Counted from the stretch's first letter, positions 18,828 to 29,508 are shown. The stretch is 64,000 nt of DNA from an uncultured Sphingomonas sp. (GCF_913776855.1 NZ_CAJYQD010000042.1:7948-71947); one strand, 5' to 3'. Numbers and translations are program-made. The notes: a model not told the origin generated them from the sequence alone.

Positions 18828-18943
18828 GGCCGCGATGTAGCGTCCGAACGGCGCGTTACCACTGTAAAACGCAGGGAGGCCCCCTATAAAGGATGGATGC
18901 GATGGATCATGGGGCGGCGCGCACGCGCGCAAGGTGCTGCGGA

Positions 18944-20038
18944 ATGAGCGACAAGGGCCCATGGGGCGGCGGCGGTGATTCCGGTAACGGATCGGGCGGC
19001 GGCGGTGGCGGTGATGACGGCCCGCGCAACCCGTGGTCGATGCCCCCGGCGGGCAAGCGCGGCCAGGTCGGCGGATCGACCTCGCTCGACGATTTCCTGA
19101 AACGCGCCCGCAGCGGCGGGCCGGGCGGCGGGCCGTCGCTGCCGGCCAATGCCGGTCGGCTGTGGCTGGCGGCGGTCGCGGCGCTAATCCTCGTGTGGAT
19201 CGCCTTCACCAGCTTCCATTCGATCGGGCCGCAGGAACGCGGCGTCGTGACGATGTTCGGCAAATATACCGGCACGCTCAATTCCGGCATCCAGTTCACG
19301 CTGCCCGCCCCGATCATGCGGGTGCAGGTGGAGGATGTGCAGAACACCCGGACCGAGAGTTTCCCGGCGGGCGGCAATCAGGCGAACCTGATGCTGACCG
19401 GCGACCAGAATATCGTCGACCTCGCCTATTCGGTGCGCTGGAACATCAAGTCGCCGGAGGATTACGTCTTCGAGATCAAGAACCCGCAGGAAACCGTGCG
19501 CGCGGTCGCCGAAAGCGCGATGCGCGCGGCCGTGGCGAGCAAGAACCTGACCCAGGCGATCGGTTCGGGCCGCGGCGAGATCGAGGCGGACGTGCAGACC
19601 CGGATGCAGACGCTGCTCGACGAATATCAGTCGGGGGTGCGCGTGCTGGGCGTCAGCATCCAGAAGGCGCAGGCCCCGGCCGAGGTGGACGACGCGTTCA
19701 AGGCGGTGACCGCGGCGCAGCAGGAGGCGCAATCGAACCTCAACCGCTCGCGCGCCTATGCGCAGCAGGTGATTGCCCGTGCGCAGGGCGACGCGACCGA
19801 GTTCGACAAGATCTACGAGCAATATCGCATGGCCCCCGACGTGACCCGCCGGCGGCTCTATTACGAAACCATGGAGCAGGTGTTGAACCGCGCCGACAAG
19901 ACGATCGTGCAGCCCGGCGTCCAGGCCTATCTGCCCCTGCCCGAAGTACGTCGGCAGCAGCAGGCGACGCCCGAACCGGAAGCGCCCGCTCCCGCCCCGC
20001 AGGCGCAGCCCACGCAGACCACGGGAGCGACCCGATGA
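18944..20038 (+). CDS. hflK: FtsH modulator HflK
   Basis: GPWGGG...PRNPW N-terminus, one TM, SPFH domain MLTGDQNIVD, VTRRRLYYETME. Confidence 0.92.
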   Translation: MSDKGPWGGGGDSGNGSGGGGGGDDGPRNPWSMPPAGKRGQVGGSTSLDDFLKRARSGGPGGGPSLPANAGRLWLAAVAALILVWIAFTSFHSIGPQERGVVTMFGKYTGTLNSGIQFTLPAPIMRVQVEDVQNTRTESFPAGGNQANLMLTGDQNIVDLAYSVRWNIKSPEDYVFEIKNPQETVRAVAESAMRAAVASKNLTQAIGSGRGEIEADVQTRMQTLLDEYQSGVRVLGVSIQKAQAPAEVDDAFKAVTAAQQEAQSNLNRSRAYAQQVIARAQGDATEFDKIYEQYRMAPDVTRRRLYYETMEQVLNRADKTIVQPGVQAYLPLPEVRRQQQATPEPEAPAPAPQAQPTQTTGATR

Positions 20039-20904
20039 ACCGCGCGCTGCGTAACCCGATGGGCGTCGGGATCGCCCTGCTGGTCCTCGTCATCCTGTTG
20101 TTCAGCACGATCGTGATCGTGCCCGAAACGCGGCAGGCGGTGATCCTGCGCTTCCAGCAGCCGGTCGGTATCCTCAATCCCTACCGCGCCGATCAGCCGT
20201 TCGGGCGCACGGGTGCCGGGCTGGTCGCGAAGATCCCGTTCTTCGACCGCGTGGTGTGGATCGACAAGCGGGTGCTGGACATCGAACTGAACAACCAGCC
20301 GGTGCTGTCGACCGATCAGCTGCGGCTGGAGGTCGATGCCTTTGCCCGGTTCCGGATCGTCGACCCGTTGCAGGCGGTGATTTCCACCGGGTCGACCGCC
20401 AACACCGAGGAACGCGTCGCCAACCAGCTCGAACCGCTGCTGTCGTCGGCGTTGCGTGCCGAACTCGGCCGGCGCACCTTCGCGTCGCTGCTGACGCCCG
20501 AACGCGGCGCGGTGATGGACAATATCCAGAACGCGCTGCAGCGGACCGCCCGCCAATATGGTGCGGAAATCGTCGATGTGCGGATCAAGCACGCCGACCT
20601 GCCCGATGGCAGCCCGCTGCAATCGGCGCTGGCACGGATGCGCTCCGCCCGCGAACAGGAAGCGGCGACGATCCAGGCACAGGGGCAGCGCGACGCGCAG
20701 GTCGTACGCGCCAATGCCGAAGCGGAAGCGGCACGCATCTATGCCGCCAGCTTCGGCAAGGACGCCGATTTCTACGCCTTCTGGCGGGCGATGCAGTCCT
20801 ATCGTGCGACCTTTGCCGGCGCGCCGGGCCAGAGCGGATCGACGTCGATCATCCTGTCGCCCGACAACGGTTATCTCCGCGAATTCGGTGGCCGGGAACG
20901 CTGA
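20035..20904 (+). CDS. hflC: FtsH modulator HflC
   Basis: TM, KIPFFDRV, VDAFARFRI, RMRSARE, FYAFWRAMQSY; ATGA-coupled to hflK. Confidence 0.92.
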   Translation: MNRALRNPMGVGIALLVLVILLFSTIVIVPETRQAVILRFQQPVGILNPYRADQPFGRTGAGLVAKIPFFDRVVWIDKRVLDIELNNQPVLSTDQLRLEVDAFARFRIVDPLQAVISTGSTANTEERVANQLEPLLSSALRAELGRRTFASLLTPERGAVMDNIQNALQRTARQYGAEIVDVRIKHADLPDGSPLQSALARMRSAREQEAATIQAQGQRDAQVVRANAEAEAARIYAASFGKDADFYAFWRAMQSYRATFAGAPGQSGSTSIILSPDNGYLREFGGRER

Positions 20905-20997
20905 GGCGTGCCCGGACATTCAAACCGCGTTCAGCAACGTAGTGGCAGGTTCGCGCCCGAAGGGGTTGCGAGCCAATTCTGAGAGGACCATCCAACC

Positions 20998-22524
20998 GTG
21001 CGTTACGCCTACGCCATTACTTCCGCACTCTTGCTGGGTGGCGCTGCCGCTACCCTGACCCTCAACCCGTCGGACGCACAGACCGCGCAGAACGAGCCGG
21101 GCGCGATCAACGCCGTCTCCGCCCCGCGCGCGGGCGCGCCGATGAGCTTTGCCGACATGGTGACGCGCCTGTCGCCGGCGGTCGTCAACATCTCGACGAC
21201 GCAGCGCATCACGACGCAGCAGCAGGCGAACCCGTTCTCCGGCACGCCGTTCGAACAGTTCTTCGGCGGGCGCGGCGGCGGGGCGGCGCCCCGGACGCAG
21301 GAGGCGCAGTCGCTTGGCTCGGGGTTCCTGATCTCCAGCGACGGCTACATCGTCACGAACAACCATGTCGTGTCGGCGGGGGCGGAAGGCGCCACGGTCG
21401 AATCGATCACCGTGACGCTGGCCGATCAGAAGGAATATAAGGCGAAGCTGGTCGGGCGCGACGAACTGTCCGACCTCGCGGTGCTGAAGATCGACGGGGC
21501 GACATTCCCGTTCGTCCGCTTCGGTGATTCGCGCCAGGCGCGGGTCGGCGATTGGGTGCTGACCATCGGCAATCCGCTGGGCCAGTCGGGCACGGTCACC
21601 GCCGGCATCATCTCGGCACTGAACCGGGTGGGCCAGGGGCCGTATGATCGCTTCATCCAGACCGACGCCGCGATCAACCGTGGCAATTCGGGCGGCCCGA
21701 TGTTCGACATGCAGGGCAATGTCATCGGCATCAATTCGCAGATCCTGTCGCCGACCGGCGGCAGCATCGGCATCGGCTTTGCGATCCCCGCCGAACAGGC
21801 CAAGCCGATCGTGGACAAGCTGATGAAGGGCCAGTCGGTCTCGCGCGGCTATCTGGGGCTCATGCCGCAGGATATCAGTGCGGACATCGCTACCGCGCTG
21901 AACATCACCAAGGATCGCGGCGCTCTCGTTGCCGGAGTCACCCCCGGCGAACCGGCAGCGCGTGCCGGTATCCGTCCGGGTGACGTCGTTCTTGCGGTTA
22001 ACGGGAAGGAGATCACGCCGCAACAGTCGCTGACCTATCTGGTCGGCAACGAGGCGCCGGGCAGCCGCGTCACGCTGGACGTACTGCGCGATGGCAAACG
22101 GCAGCAGATTCCGGTGACGCTCGGCACCCGTCCTACGAACGACCAATTGGCGGCGCAGAACCAGCAGTTCGATCCCGACAGCGCACCGACCACCCCGCGC
22201 GCCAGCACCAACCTGGCGGCGACGGCCGGGCTGGTGGTCCAGCCGCTGACCCCGGCAATCGCCCGGCAGTTGCGGCTCGATGCGACCATCAAGGGCGTGG
22301 TTGTCGCCGACGTCGATCCGAACAGCGATGCCGCGACCAAGGGACTGCGCCGCGGCGTGGTGATCCAGAGCGTCAATCGCCAGCCGGTGACGACCGAGGC
22401 CGAACTGATCCGCGTGATCCAGCAGGCGCGTGCGTCCGGTGCGAAGCAGGTGCTGCTATATGCCCAGGCTCCCGGATCGCCGATGGCCGCATTCGTGCCG
22501 GTCGGTATCGAAGCCGCCAAGTAA
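20998..22524 (+). CDS. degP: HtrA/DegP (Do family) periplasmic serine protease, 2 PDZ domains
   Basis: GSGFLIS, TNNHV, DLAVLK, QTDAAINRGNSGGP. Confidence 0.93.
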   Translation: MRYAYAITSALLLGGAAATLTLNPSDAQTAQNEPGAINAVSAPRAGAPMSFADMVTRLSPAVVNISTTQRITTQQQANPFSGTPFEQFFGGRGGGAAPRTQEAQSLGSGFLISSDGYIVTNNHVVSAGAEGATVESITVTLADQKEYKAKLVGRDELSDLAVLKIDGATFPFVRFGDSRQARVGDWVLTIGNPLGQSGTVTAGIISALNRVGQGPYDRFIQTDAAINRGNSGGPMFDMQGNVIGINSQILSPTGGSIGIGFAIPAEQAKPIVDKLMKGQSVSRGYLGLMPQDISADIATALNITKDRGALVAGVTPGEPAARAGIRPGDVVLAVNGKEITPQQSLTYLVGNEAPGSRVTLDVLRDGKRQQIPVTLGTRPTNDQLAAQNQQFDPDSAPTTPRASTNLAATAGLVVQPLTPAIARQLRLDATIKGVVVADVDPNSDAATKGLRRGVVIQSVNRQPVTTEAELIRVIQQARASGAKQVLLYAQAPGSPMAAFVPVGIEAAK

Positions 22525-22533
22525 CGATCGCAC

Positions 22534-22569
22534 AAAGGGCGGCGGGACATCCCGCCGCCCTTTCTCTTT
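22534..22569 (+). terminator. Rho-independent terminator
   Basis: aaagggcggcggga-ca-tcccgccgcccttt followed by ctcttt, immediately after degP. Confidence 0.8.
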
Positions 22570-22636
22570 GTCCGCCATGGATGATGGACCCACGCCCGAA
22601 ACGCGGTAGATATTGCCGGAACCTCAAGGGCTGGCC

Positions 22637-24304
22637 ATGACCGACACCGAACTCTTCCTCGGCGCGACCGCAGACGGCATTCGCCAGTCGCTGGTATTGA
22701 AGCGCGCCAATCGCCACGGGCTGATCGCGGGTGCGACCGGTACCGGCAAGACGGTGACGCTGCAGGGCCTCGCCGAGAATTTCTCCGCCGCCGGGGTGCC
22801 GGTGTTCGTCGCCGATGTGAAGGGCGATCTGTCGGGCATCGCCATGGCGGGCAGCGCGACCGCCAAGCCCCATGCCGCCTTTGCCGAACGCGCCGCCGCA
22901 ATCGGGGACAGCGACTGGCGGTATCGCGACACGCCGGTCGTGTTCTGGGACCTGTTCGGCGAGAGCGGCCACCCGATCCGCGCAACGGTTTCCGAGATGG
23001 GACCCGTGCTGCTGGGGCGGATGCTGAACCTGAACGATGTGCAGGACGGGGTGCTGACCATCGCCTTCCATGTCGCCGACGCGGAAGGGCTGCTGCTGCT
23101 CGACCTCAACGATCTTCAGGCGATGCTGGCGCATGTCGCCGAACGGGCGGACGAACTGACCACCCGCTACGGGAATGTCAGCAAGCAGTCGGTCGGTGCG
23201 ATCCAGCGTGCATTGTTGCAGCTGCGGGGGCAAGGCGGCGACCGTTTCTTCGGCGAACCCGCGCTCGATCTGGCCGATTTCATGCGGGTTGCCGATGACG
23301 GGCGCGGCATCGTGTCGGTGCTGGCCGCCGACAAGCTGATGGCCTCGCCCCGGCTCTACGCCACCTTCCTGTTGTGGTTGTTGTCCGAACTGTTCGAAAC
23401 GCTGCCCGAGGTGGGCGACCCCGACAAGCCGAAGCTCGTGTTCTTCTTCGACGAGGCGCATCTGCTGTTCGACGATGCGCCCGACGCGCTGGTCGACAAG
23501 GTGGAGCAGGTCGTCCGGCTGATCCGGTCGAAGGGCGTCGGCATCTATTTCGTGACGCAGAACCCGATCGACATTCCCGATGCGATTGCCGGGCAGCTGG
23601 GCAACCGGGTGCAGCACGCGCTGCGCGCCTTCACCCCGAAGGAAGCGCGCGCGATCAAGGCGGCGGCCGAAACCTTTCGTCCGAACCCCAAGCTCGACGT
23701 CGCGCAGGCGATCACCGAGCTGAAGACCGGCGAGGCGCTGGTATCGGTATTGCAGGCCGATGGCTCGCCCAGCCCGGTCGAGCGCACGCTGATCCGCCCG
23801 CCCCGGTCGCGGGTCGGGCCGGTCACGCCGGTCGAACGCGGCGTGCTGATGCAGACCGACGCGGTCGGCGACCGCTACGACACGGCGATCGATCGCGAAT
23901 CGGCCGCCGAACTGCTGGGCGCGAAGGCCGATGAAGCCGCCGCTGCCGCCGCCGCGAGCAAGGCACAGGCCACCGCCGACAAGGAAGCGGCGCTTACGGC
24001 GAAGGAGGACGCCCGCCTCGCCAAGGAAGCCGAGCGCCAGCGGATCGCGGAGCAGCGCGTCGCCGACCGTGAGGCGCGCGAGGCGGAAAAGGCGGCGCGT
24101 GCCGCCGAGCGCGAGGCGGCGAACAACCCCTGGGCGCGTGCCACCCAATCGGCGACGCGCTCGGCCGGGTCGGCGGTCGGCCGCATCGTCGTCAACGAAA
24201 TCGGCAAGCAGGTGTTCGGCACCACGCGCGGCGGCCGGGCCAAAAGTGGCGGGCTGGTCGGGGGGCTGCTGCGCGGGGTCCTGGGCGGGCTGTTCCGCGG
24301 ATAA
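22637..24304 (+). CDS. HerA-like ATPase DUF853 (YjgR family)
   Basis: [52 protein letters not shown]. Confidence 0.9.
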   Translation: MTDTELFLGATADGIRQSLVLKRANRHGLIAGATGTGKTVTLQGLAENFSAAGVPVFVADVKGDLSGIAMAGSATAKPHAAFAERAAAIGDSDWRYRDTPVVFWDLFGESGHPIRATVSEMGPVLLGRMLNLNDVQDGVLTIAFHVADAEGLLLLDLNDLQAMLAHVAERADELTTRYGNVSKQSVGAIQRALLQLRGQGGDRFFGEPALDLADFMRVADDGRGIVSVLAADKLMASPRLYATFLLWLLSELFETLPEVGDPDKPKLVFFFDEAHLLFDDAPDALVDKVEQVVRLIRSKGVGIYFVTQNPIDIPDAIAGQLGNRVQHALRAFTPKEARAIKAAAETFRPNPKLDVAQAITELKTGEALVSVLQADGSPSPVERTLIRPPRSRVGPVTPVERGVLMQTDAVGDRYDTAIDRESAAELLGAKADEAAAAAAASKAQATADKEAALTAKEDARLAKEAERQRIAEQRVADREAREAEKAARAAEREAANNPWARATQSATRSAGSAVGRIVVNEIGKQVFGTTRGGRAKSGGLVGGLLRGVLGGLFRG

Positions 24305-24308
24305 CCCC

Positions 24309-25238
24309 ATGGCACTCGACAATATTTCCGGCGGGACGGAGACGCCCGGCATCCCCCCGTCGCTGTTCGCGATGCGACCAGGCATGGCGATCCGCTACGA
24401 CCAGCCCGATGCGCGCCTTGCCGACTATATCACCGGCTATCACCTCTATGCCGCCAGCGGACCGGCAGCTGTGGGGCTGGAAAACTGGTTCCTGCCCGGC
24501 ACCGCCAATGTTCGCGTCACCCTCGATGCCGGGCCGATCGCGGTATCGATCGGCCGGTTCCGCAGCGATCCGCTGCCCCAGGCCAGCCTGTTCGGGCCGA
24601 CCAGCCATGCGATCCACACCGTCACCAATGGCGGGGTGATGATCGGGTTCGGTATCAGCGCGCTGGGCTGGTGCCGCTTCTTCGACGGTGGGGCGGATCG
24701 CTATGCCGACCGGATCGAGCCGCTGGACGCGGCGGCGCGGCCGGGCTTTGCCGAAAGGCTGGTGGCGCTGCTGTCGTCGGTGACCGACGAACATGGCGTG
24801 AAGCCGGCACTGGACCGGTTCCTGCTGGCAGAAATCGGGCCGAAGGTTGCGGATGAAGAGCAGATTCGCAGCATCGCGCGGATGGTGACCGACGACCTGC
24901 CCAATGCGGTGGCGGAAACGGCGGCGGCATGGGGCATGTCGCCCGAACGCCTGCGACGGCTGTGCCGGCGGCATTTCGGCTTCGTGCCCAAGACGCTGCT
25001 GATCCGTGCCCGGTTCCTGCGGTCGCTGGTGCCGCTGATCGAATCGAAGGGCGAACTGGATTATTCGCGGATCGATCCGGGCTATGTCAGCGCATCGCAT
25101 TTCCTGCGCGATGCCCATGCGGTGCTGGGTACTACACCCCGCCGGTTCCTGCACGCGCAGACCGAGTTTCTGGTCGCGAGCCTGCGCGCACGGGCGGCGG
25201 TATTGGGCAGCGCGACGCAGGCGCTGCACCGGTTATAG
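24309..25238 (+). CDS. AraC-type HTH regulator
   Basis: C-terminal MSPERLRRLCRRHFGFVPK ... GYVSASHFLRD...LGTTPRRF. Confidence 0.75.
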   Translation: MALDNISGGTETPGIPPSLFAMRPGMAIRYDQPDARLADYITGYHLYAASGPAAVGLENWFLPGTANVRVTLDAGPIAVSIGRFRSDPLPQASLFGPTSHAIHTVTNGGVMIGFGISALGWCRFFDGGADRYADRIEPLDAAARPGFAERLVALLSSVTDEHGVKPALDRFLLAEIGPKVADEEQIRSIARMVTDDLPNAVAETAAAWGMSPERLRRLCRRHFGFVPKTLLIRARFLRSLVPLIESKGELDYSRIDPGYVSASHFLRDAHAVLGTTPRRFLHAQTEFLVASLRARAAVLGSATQALHRL

Positions 25239-25265
25239 GGGAGGGGTTTTCCCGCGCTCCACGAA

Positions 25266-25293
25266 CGTCATGCCAGCCTTTGCCGGGATGGCG
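25266..25293. repeat. Degenerate CGTC-class REP unit
   Basis: cgtcatgccagcctttgccgggatggcg resembles the units at 31101 and 53229. Confidence 0.45.
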
Positions 25294-25338
25294 CGGATAG
25301 GTACGGGAAACGCGGTTGTCCGCCTTTCCCGCCAGCCA

Positions 25339-26619
25339 TCACATCGCGGCGATCAGTTCATCGATCGTCACGAACGCGAACGCGACCGAACTGTCGGCCA
25401 CGCCGTACGGGATGAAAATCCGGTCGCCATGGCGCAGCGCGCCGCACGAATAGACGACGTTGGGTACATAGCCCTCGCGATCCTCGTTCGCCGCCGCGAG
25501 GATCGGTTCGCGGGTGCGGCCGATCACCTTCGATGGATCGTCCTTGTCCAGCAGCACCGCGCCGATCGCGTATTTGCGCATCGCGCCGACGCCGTGGGTC
25601 AGCAACAGCCAGCCCTGATCGATCTCGATCGGCGGGCCGCAATTGCCGATCTGCACCAGCTCCCACGGATAGACGGGTTTCAGCAGTAGCTGTCCCTCGT
25701 CCCAGTGCGTCAGCGTGTCGGACTTGATCAGGAACAGGTTTTCCCCGTCCTGCCGCCCGATCATCATATATTGCCCGTTCACCTTGCGCGGGAACAGGCC
25801 CATGCCCTTGTTGCGCGCGGCGCTGCCGGTCATTGGCACGAGGTCGAACGCGCGGAAATCGCGGGTGCGCAGCAGCTCCGACTGGATCATCGACCCGTTA
25901 TAGGCGGTGTAGGTGCCGAGCCATTCGACCGAGCCATCGTCATGGGTGAAGTGGACGAGGCGCATGTCCTCCAGCCCCTTCGACTGCGCTTCGGTGATCG
26001 GGAAGATCACCGTGCCCGACAGCGTGGAGTCGCGGTGGCGATAGACGGTGACTTCACCTTCGGGCGCTTCGTCCTCCTCACCCACCGCATCGGCGGCGGT
26101 GGCGAAGGGCGGTTCGGGCGCCAGTACCAGTTCGTTCTCGTCGGTGATGATGCCTTCGCGGAACGCCACCGACGAGATATGGCCTTCCCCCACCGCGCGC
26201 AGCGACATCAGGATGCGCAGCGATCCCGCGGGCATCCCCGACTGGTCGAAATGCGGTACGGCACTGGGGTTCATCAGCGCAGCGGCGGCATAGCTGTATT
26301 CGTGGCAGAAATAGGCCCCGATCAGCTGACGCTTCTCGTCGCTGATCGCGCTGCCGTCGAGGCCGAGGACGGTCTCGATCTCGTCATAACGGGTCATGAA
26401 CACGCGGCGTGTTTGCCAATGGCGTGCCTCGAAATCCTTAAGCACGGTTTCTAGTTGCGCGCGCGCCTCGGCCGGCGACATGGCCAGCACCTCGCCGACC
26501 AGCCGTTCGGTCCGGCTGGGGGCCGAACCGTTGCGCTGCCACGCGATATGAAAGGGGCGCACCACCACGCGCGAAGGATCGGCGTACAGCCGCAAGGGGT
26601 GGTTGTAGATATCCAGCAT
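25339..26619 (-). CDS. Glycoside hydrolase family 130 (mannoside phosphorylase/hydrolase-like)
   Basis: MNPSAV, GLEDMR, YTAYNG, RNKGMGLFP, LLLTHGV, GYVPNVVYSCG. Confidence 0.85.
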   Translation of the reverse strand: MLDIYNHPLRLYADPSRVVVRPFHIAWQRNGSAPSRTERLVGEVLAMSPAEARAQLETVLKDFEARHWQTRRVFMTRYDEIETVLGLDGSAISDEKRQLIGAYFCHEYSYAAAALMNPSAVPHFDQSGMPAGSLRILMSLRAVGEGHISSVAFREGIITDENELVLAPEPPFATAADAVGEEDEAPEGEVTVYRHRDSTLSGTVIFPITEAQSKGLEDMRLVHFTHDDGSVEWLGTYTAYNGSMIQSELLRTRDFRAFDLVPMTGSAARNKGMGLFPRKVNGQYMMIGRQDGENLFLIKSDTLTHWDEGQLLLKPVYPWELVQIGNCGPPIEIDQGWLLLTHGVGAMRKYAIGAVLLDKDDPSKVIGRTREPILAAANEDREGYVPNVVYSCGALRHGDRIFIPYGVADSSVAFAFVTIDELIAAM

Positions 26620-26657
26620 TCGCGCGTCCAATAATCCCGGCCGAAGCCGTGGCCGGA

Positions 26658-28925
26658 TCAGGCCACGGCGCGGCGCGGGTCTGCCACGGAAGCGCGACCC
26701 TTTGAAAGGGCGGAAATCGCACAGGACGCCAATTGCAGCGCCAGAATCGACTCCGCCCCCTGGTTCCGGTTCAATCCGGTGGGCATCAGCCCGTCGAAAC
26801 AGCCGCCATCGGTGACCGTCGCCAGCGGCAGGTCGAGGTCGTTGGCGCCCAGATACCAGTTATAGGCCTTGGTGGCTTCGTCGACCCAGCGCGTGTCGCG
26901 CGTCGCGTCCCATGCCGCGACACAGGCCTCGACCGTCGCCTGCGCCTCCAGCGGCTGCTGGTCGAACGGCAGCGGATCGGCATAGGGGCGGCTGAAGCTC
27001 TCGGTCCCGATCGCGCGGAACCGGCCTTCGGGCGAGGTCTGCTGCGCGACGATCCAGTCGAGCGTGTCCAGCCCGACCTTCAGGAAATCGTCGCGCTTCA
27101 GGGCATGGCCGGCGCGGATCATCGCTTCGGGCAGGCGGGCATTGTCATAGGCCAGCACGATTTCGAACCAGCGCCATTCGGGCCGGCGCGCGGCGTCGAG
27201 CAACGTGACCAGTTCGGCACCGAAGCGGGTCGCGATCTCGGTCGACAATGCATGGCCCGGATTGATTTCCAGCATCGCCACCGCGCCCAGCATGGCGAAG
27301 GCGCGCGCGCGCGGACTGCCCAGGTCGAGCGCGATGGATGCGGTCTGTTCGTACAGCGACATCGCCCAGTCGCGATGCTTGCGCGACTGCGCATCGCGCG
27401 CGGTGATCGCCAGCGCCCACAGCGTGCGACCGTTCGAATCCTCCGACCCTTCATCCTCGCACCAGGTCCGGTCGAAGTTCATGAAGTTGCGGAAGCGGCG
27501 GCGATCCGGATTCCACGCATATTGCAGGAACGAGGCGTAGATCGTGGTCCACTTGTCGCGAACGACCGGATCGAGATCCTCGATCTGCGACATCAGGATC
27601 AGCGCACGGGCGTTGTCGTCGATGCAATAGCCATGGCGACGGTCGGGCACCGAATAGATCGAATGCTGCAACATGCCGGTCGCATCGCTCATCCGTTCGA
27701 CCGCAGCGAAATCGGGCTTGAGCGCGGTCAGGTCGGTGCTGGGCCGCACCCGCAAGGGGCGCGACGCGACCGCGCGACCGATCTCGACCATCGCCGCTTC
27801 CGCGAGGCAGGGGAACAGCATCGTGCGGCCGCGGGCATAGGCGCGGCTGGCCAGCGTGTCGCGGCGGGCATCATTGCCCAGCAGGTCGACGATCTCGCGC
27901 GCGAACGCTGGCGCATCGCCGAAATCGACGATCACGCCATGATCGTCCGCCAGAATCTCGGTCGCATGGACATAGGGGGTGGAGACCACGACCTTGCCGA
28001 CGCCAACGGCATAGGACAGCGTGCCCGACGTGATCTGTGCCGGGTTGCTGTACGGCGTGACGTACAGGTCCGCCGCCTGCAGGTAATCGAGCAGTTCGTC
28101 CTGTTCGACGAACCCGTCGAGGAAACACACATTGTCGGCCACGCCCAGGCGCGCCGCCTGTGCCTTCAACCGGTCGCGATACGCTTCGCCTTCGTGCGCG
28201 ACCAGGTGCGGATGGGTTGCGCCCAATACGACATACAGCGCGTCGGGGTGCGATGCGGCGACGGTCGGCATCGCCTCGATCATCGTCTCGATCCCCTTGT
28301 TCGGGGCGAGCAGGCCGAAGGTCAGGATGACGGGGCGGCCGGTCCAGCCGAAACGCGCCTTCATCGCATCGGGCTGCACGAACGGGCGGTCGTGGACACC
28401 GTGCGGTATCGTCACGATCTTGCGCGGATCTGTGCCATGGACCCGCATCAGGATTTCGCGGCCCTTGTCGGCCATGACGATGATCTTTGCCGCACGACGC
28501 AACAGCGCTTCCAGCACGCGACGTTCGTCGGCGTTCGGGTTTTCGAGGATGGTGTGCAGCGTGATCGCGACCGGCACGTTCACCCGGTCGAGCAGCGCCA
28601 CGATATGTTCGCCCGCCGAACCGCCATAGATGCCATATTCATGCTGGACCCATACCGCCTGTGCGCCGCTCGCCTCGATCCGGCGCGCCGCGTCGAGATA
28701 GGCGATGCGGTCGTTCTGCGCGATCGCATGGGTTACTTCCGGCGGATAGGCATAGGCGCCGGGGCGATCGTCCATCGCATAGACGTCGACGGCCATGTCG
28801 GGATAGCGATCGCGGAGCGCATTGAACGTATCCGTGGTGAAGGTCGCGAGCCCGCATTTGCGCGGCAGGAAATTACCGATCAGCGCGATGCGATCGAGCG
28901 AATCCAGGGCGACCCTCTGGTCCAT
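26658..28925 (-). CDS. GT4 glycosyltransferase fused to a C-terminal (alpha/alpha)6 GH-like domain
   Basis: PRKCGLATFT, QHEYGIYGG, FGLLAPNKG, TPYSNPAQITSGTL; C-terminal HGYCIDDNARAL, YDNARLP, FDQQPLE, NQGAES. GAGGA SD before ATG 28925. Confidence 0.85.
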   Translation of the reverse strand: MDQRVALDSLDRIALIGNFLPRKCGLATFTTDTFNALRDRYPDMAVDVYAMDDRPGAYAYPPEVTHAIAQNDRIAYLDAARRIEASGAQAVWVQHEYGIYGGSAGEHIVALLDRVNVPVAITLHTILENPNADERRVLEALLRRAAKIIVMADKGREILMRVHGTDPRKIVTIPHGVHDRPFVQPDAMKARFGWTGRPVILTFGLLAPNKGIETMIEAMPTVAASHPDALYVVLGATHPHLVAHEGEAYRDRLKAQAARLGVADNVCFLDGFVEQDELLDYLQAADLYVTPYSNPAQITSGTLSYAVGVGKVVVSTPYVHATEILADDHGVIVDFGDAPAFAREIVDLLGNDARRDTLASRAYARGRTMLFPCLAEAAMVEIGRAVASRPLRVRPSTDLTALKPDFAAVERMSDATGMLQHSIYSVPDRRHGYCIDDNARALILMSQIEDLDPVVRDKWTTIYASFLQYAWNPDRRRFRNFMNFDRTWCEDEGSEDSNGRTLWALAITARDAQSRKHRDWAMSLYEQTASIALDLGSPRARAFAMLGAVAMLEINPGHALSTEIATRFGAELVTLLDAARRPEWRWFEIVLAYDNARLPEAMIRAGHALKRDDFLKVGLDTLDWIVAQQTSPEGRFRAIGTESFSRPYADPLPFDQQPLEAQATVEACVAAWDATRDTRWVDEATKAYNWYLGANDLDLPLATVTDGGCFDGLMPTGLNRNQGAESILALQLASCAISALSKGRASVADPRRAVA

Positions 28926-28983
28926 CTGCGTTCCTCTTTGCGTTGCAATATCCGCGCCGAGCCGGGCGGTGTCCGCAAACAGA

Positions 28984-29009
28984 AACATTTCGACATGCTG
29001 AATGGTTGC
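28984..29009 (-). promoter_or_regulatory. Weak EcfG-like promoter upstream of GT4
   Basis: GCAAC-N17-TGTT, two deviations from consensus. Confidence 0.3.
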
Positions 29010-29064
29010 AACAATTGTGCGCTGCGACACGATTTCGTGCCGAACGGTGTCCCCACCGCGACGA

Positions 29065-29508
29065 TCACCCGCGTCCGCGATATCCGGGGACATCCTGATC
29101 CGGAATCCATACCGCCTTCGGAGGTTCCCCCAACTGCCAGAAGACGTCGATCGGGATGCCGCCGCGCGGATACCAGTAGCCACCGATGCGCAGCCACACC
29201 GGCTGCATCTCCGCCACCAGACGCTCGGCGATGCCGACCGTGCAATCCTCGTGGAAGGCGGCGTGGTTGCGGAACGATCCCAGGAACAGCTTCAGCGATT
29301 TGGATTCCACGATCGTCGCGCCGGGCACATAATCGATGACCAGATGCGCGAAATCGGGCTGGCCGGTCACCGGGCACAGCGACGTGAATTCGGGCGCGGT
29401 GAAGCGCACCAGATACGGCGTGCTGCGCGGGTTGGGAACATAATCGAGTTCGGCGGCTTCCGGAGTCGTCGGAAGCGGGCTGGCCTGGCCAAGGAATTTC
29501 GGGTCCAT
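29065..29508 (-). CDS. queF: preQ0 reductase
   Basis: [37 protein letters not shown]. Confidence 0.95.
   Translation of the reverse strand: MDPKFLGQASPLPTTPEAAELDYVPNPRSTPYLVRFTAPEFTSLCPVTGQPDFAHLVIDYVPGATIVESKSLKLFLGSFRNHAAFHEDCTVGIAERLVAEMQPVWLRIGGYWYPRGGIPIDVFWQLGEPPKAVWIPDQDVPGYRGRG

Noticed and set aside
19033-20904. Apparent 623-aa HflC, and similarly extended ORFs for glpX, GT4, queF, photolyase, metC, argG, dsbA, nudC and crtB
   Set aside because: The extensions are open frames overlapping neighbouring genes. Family-typical N-termini and coupling or SD signals point to the shorter starts, so these are not fusions.
23930-24125. Ala/Glu/Lys/Arg-rich quasi-repeats in the DUF853 C-terminus
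   Set aside because: This is low-complexity coiled-coil coding sequence with no exact DNA repeat unit.
22637-24304. HerA-based defence or conjugation system
   Set aside because: The motifs match the widespread stand-alone DUF853/YjgR family, with no NurA, Sir2 or T4SS partner adjacent.
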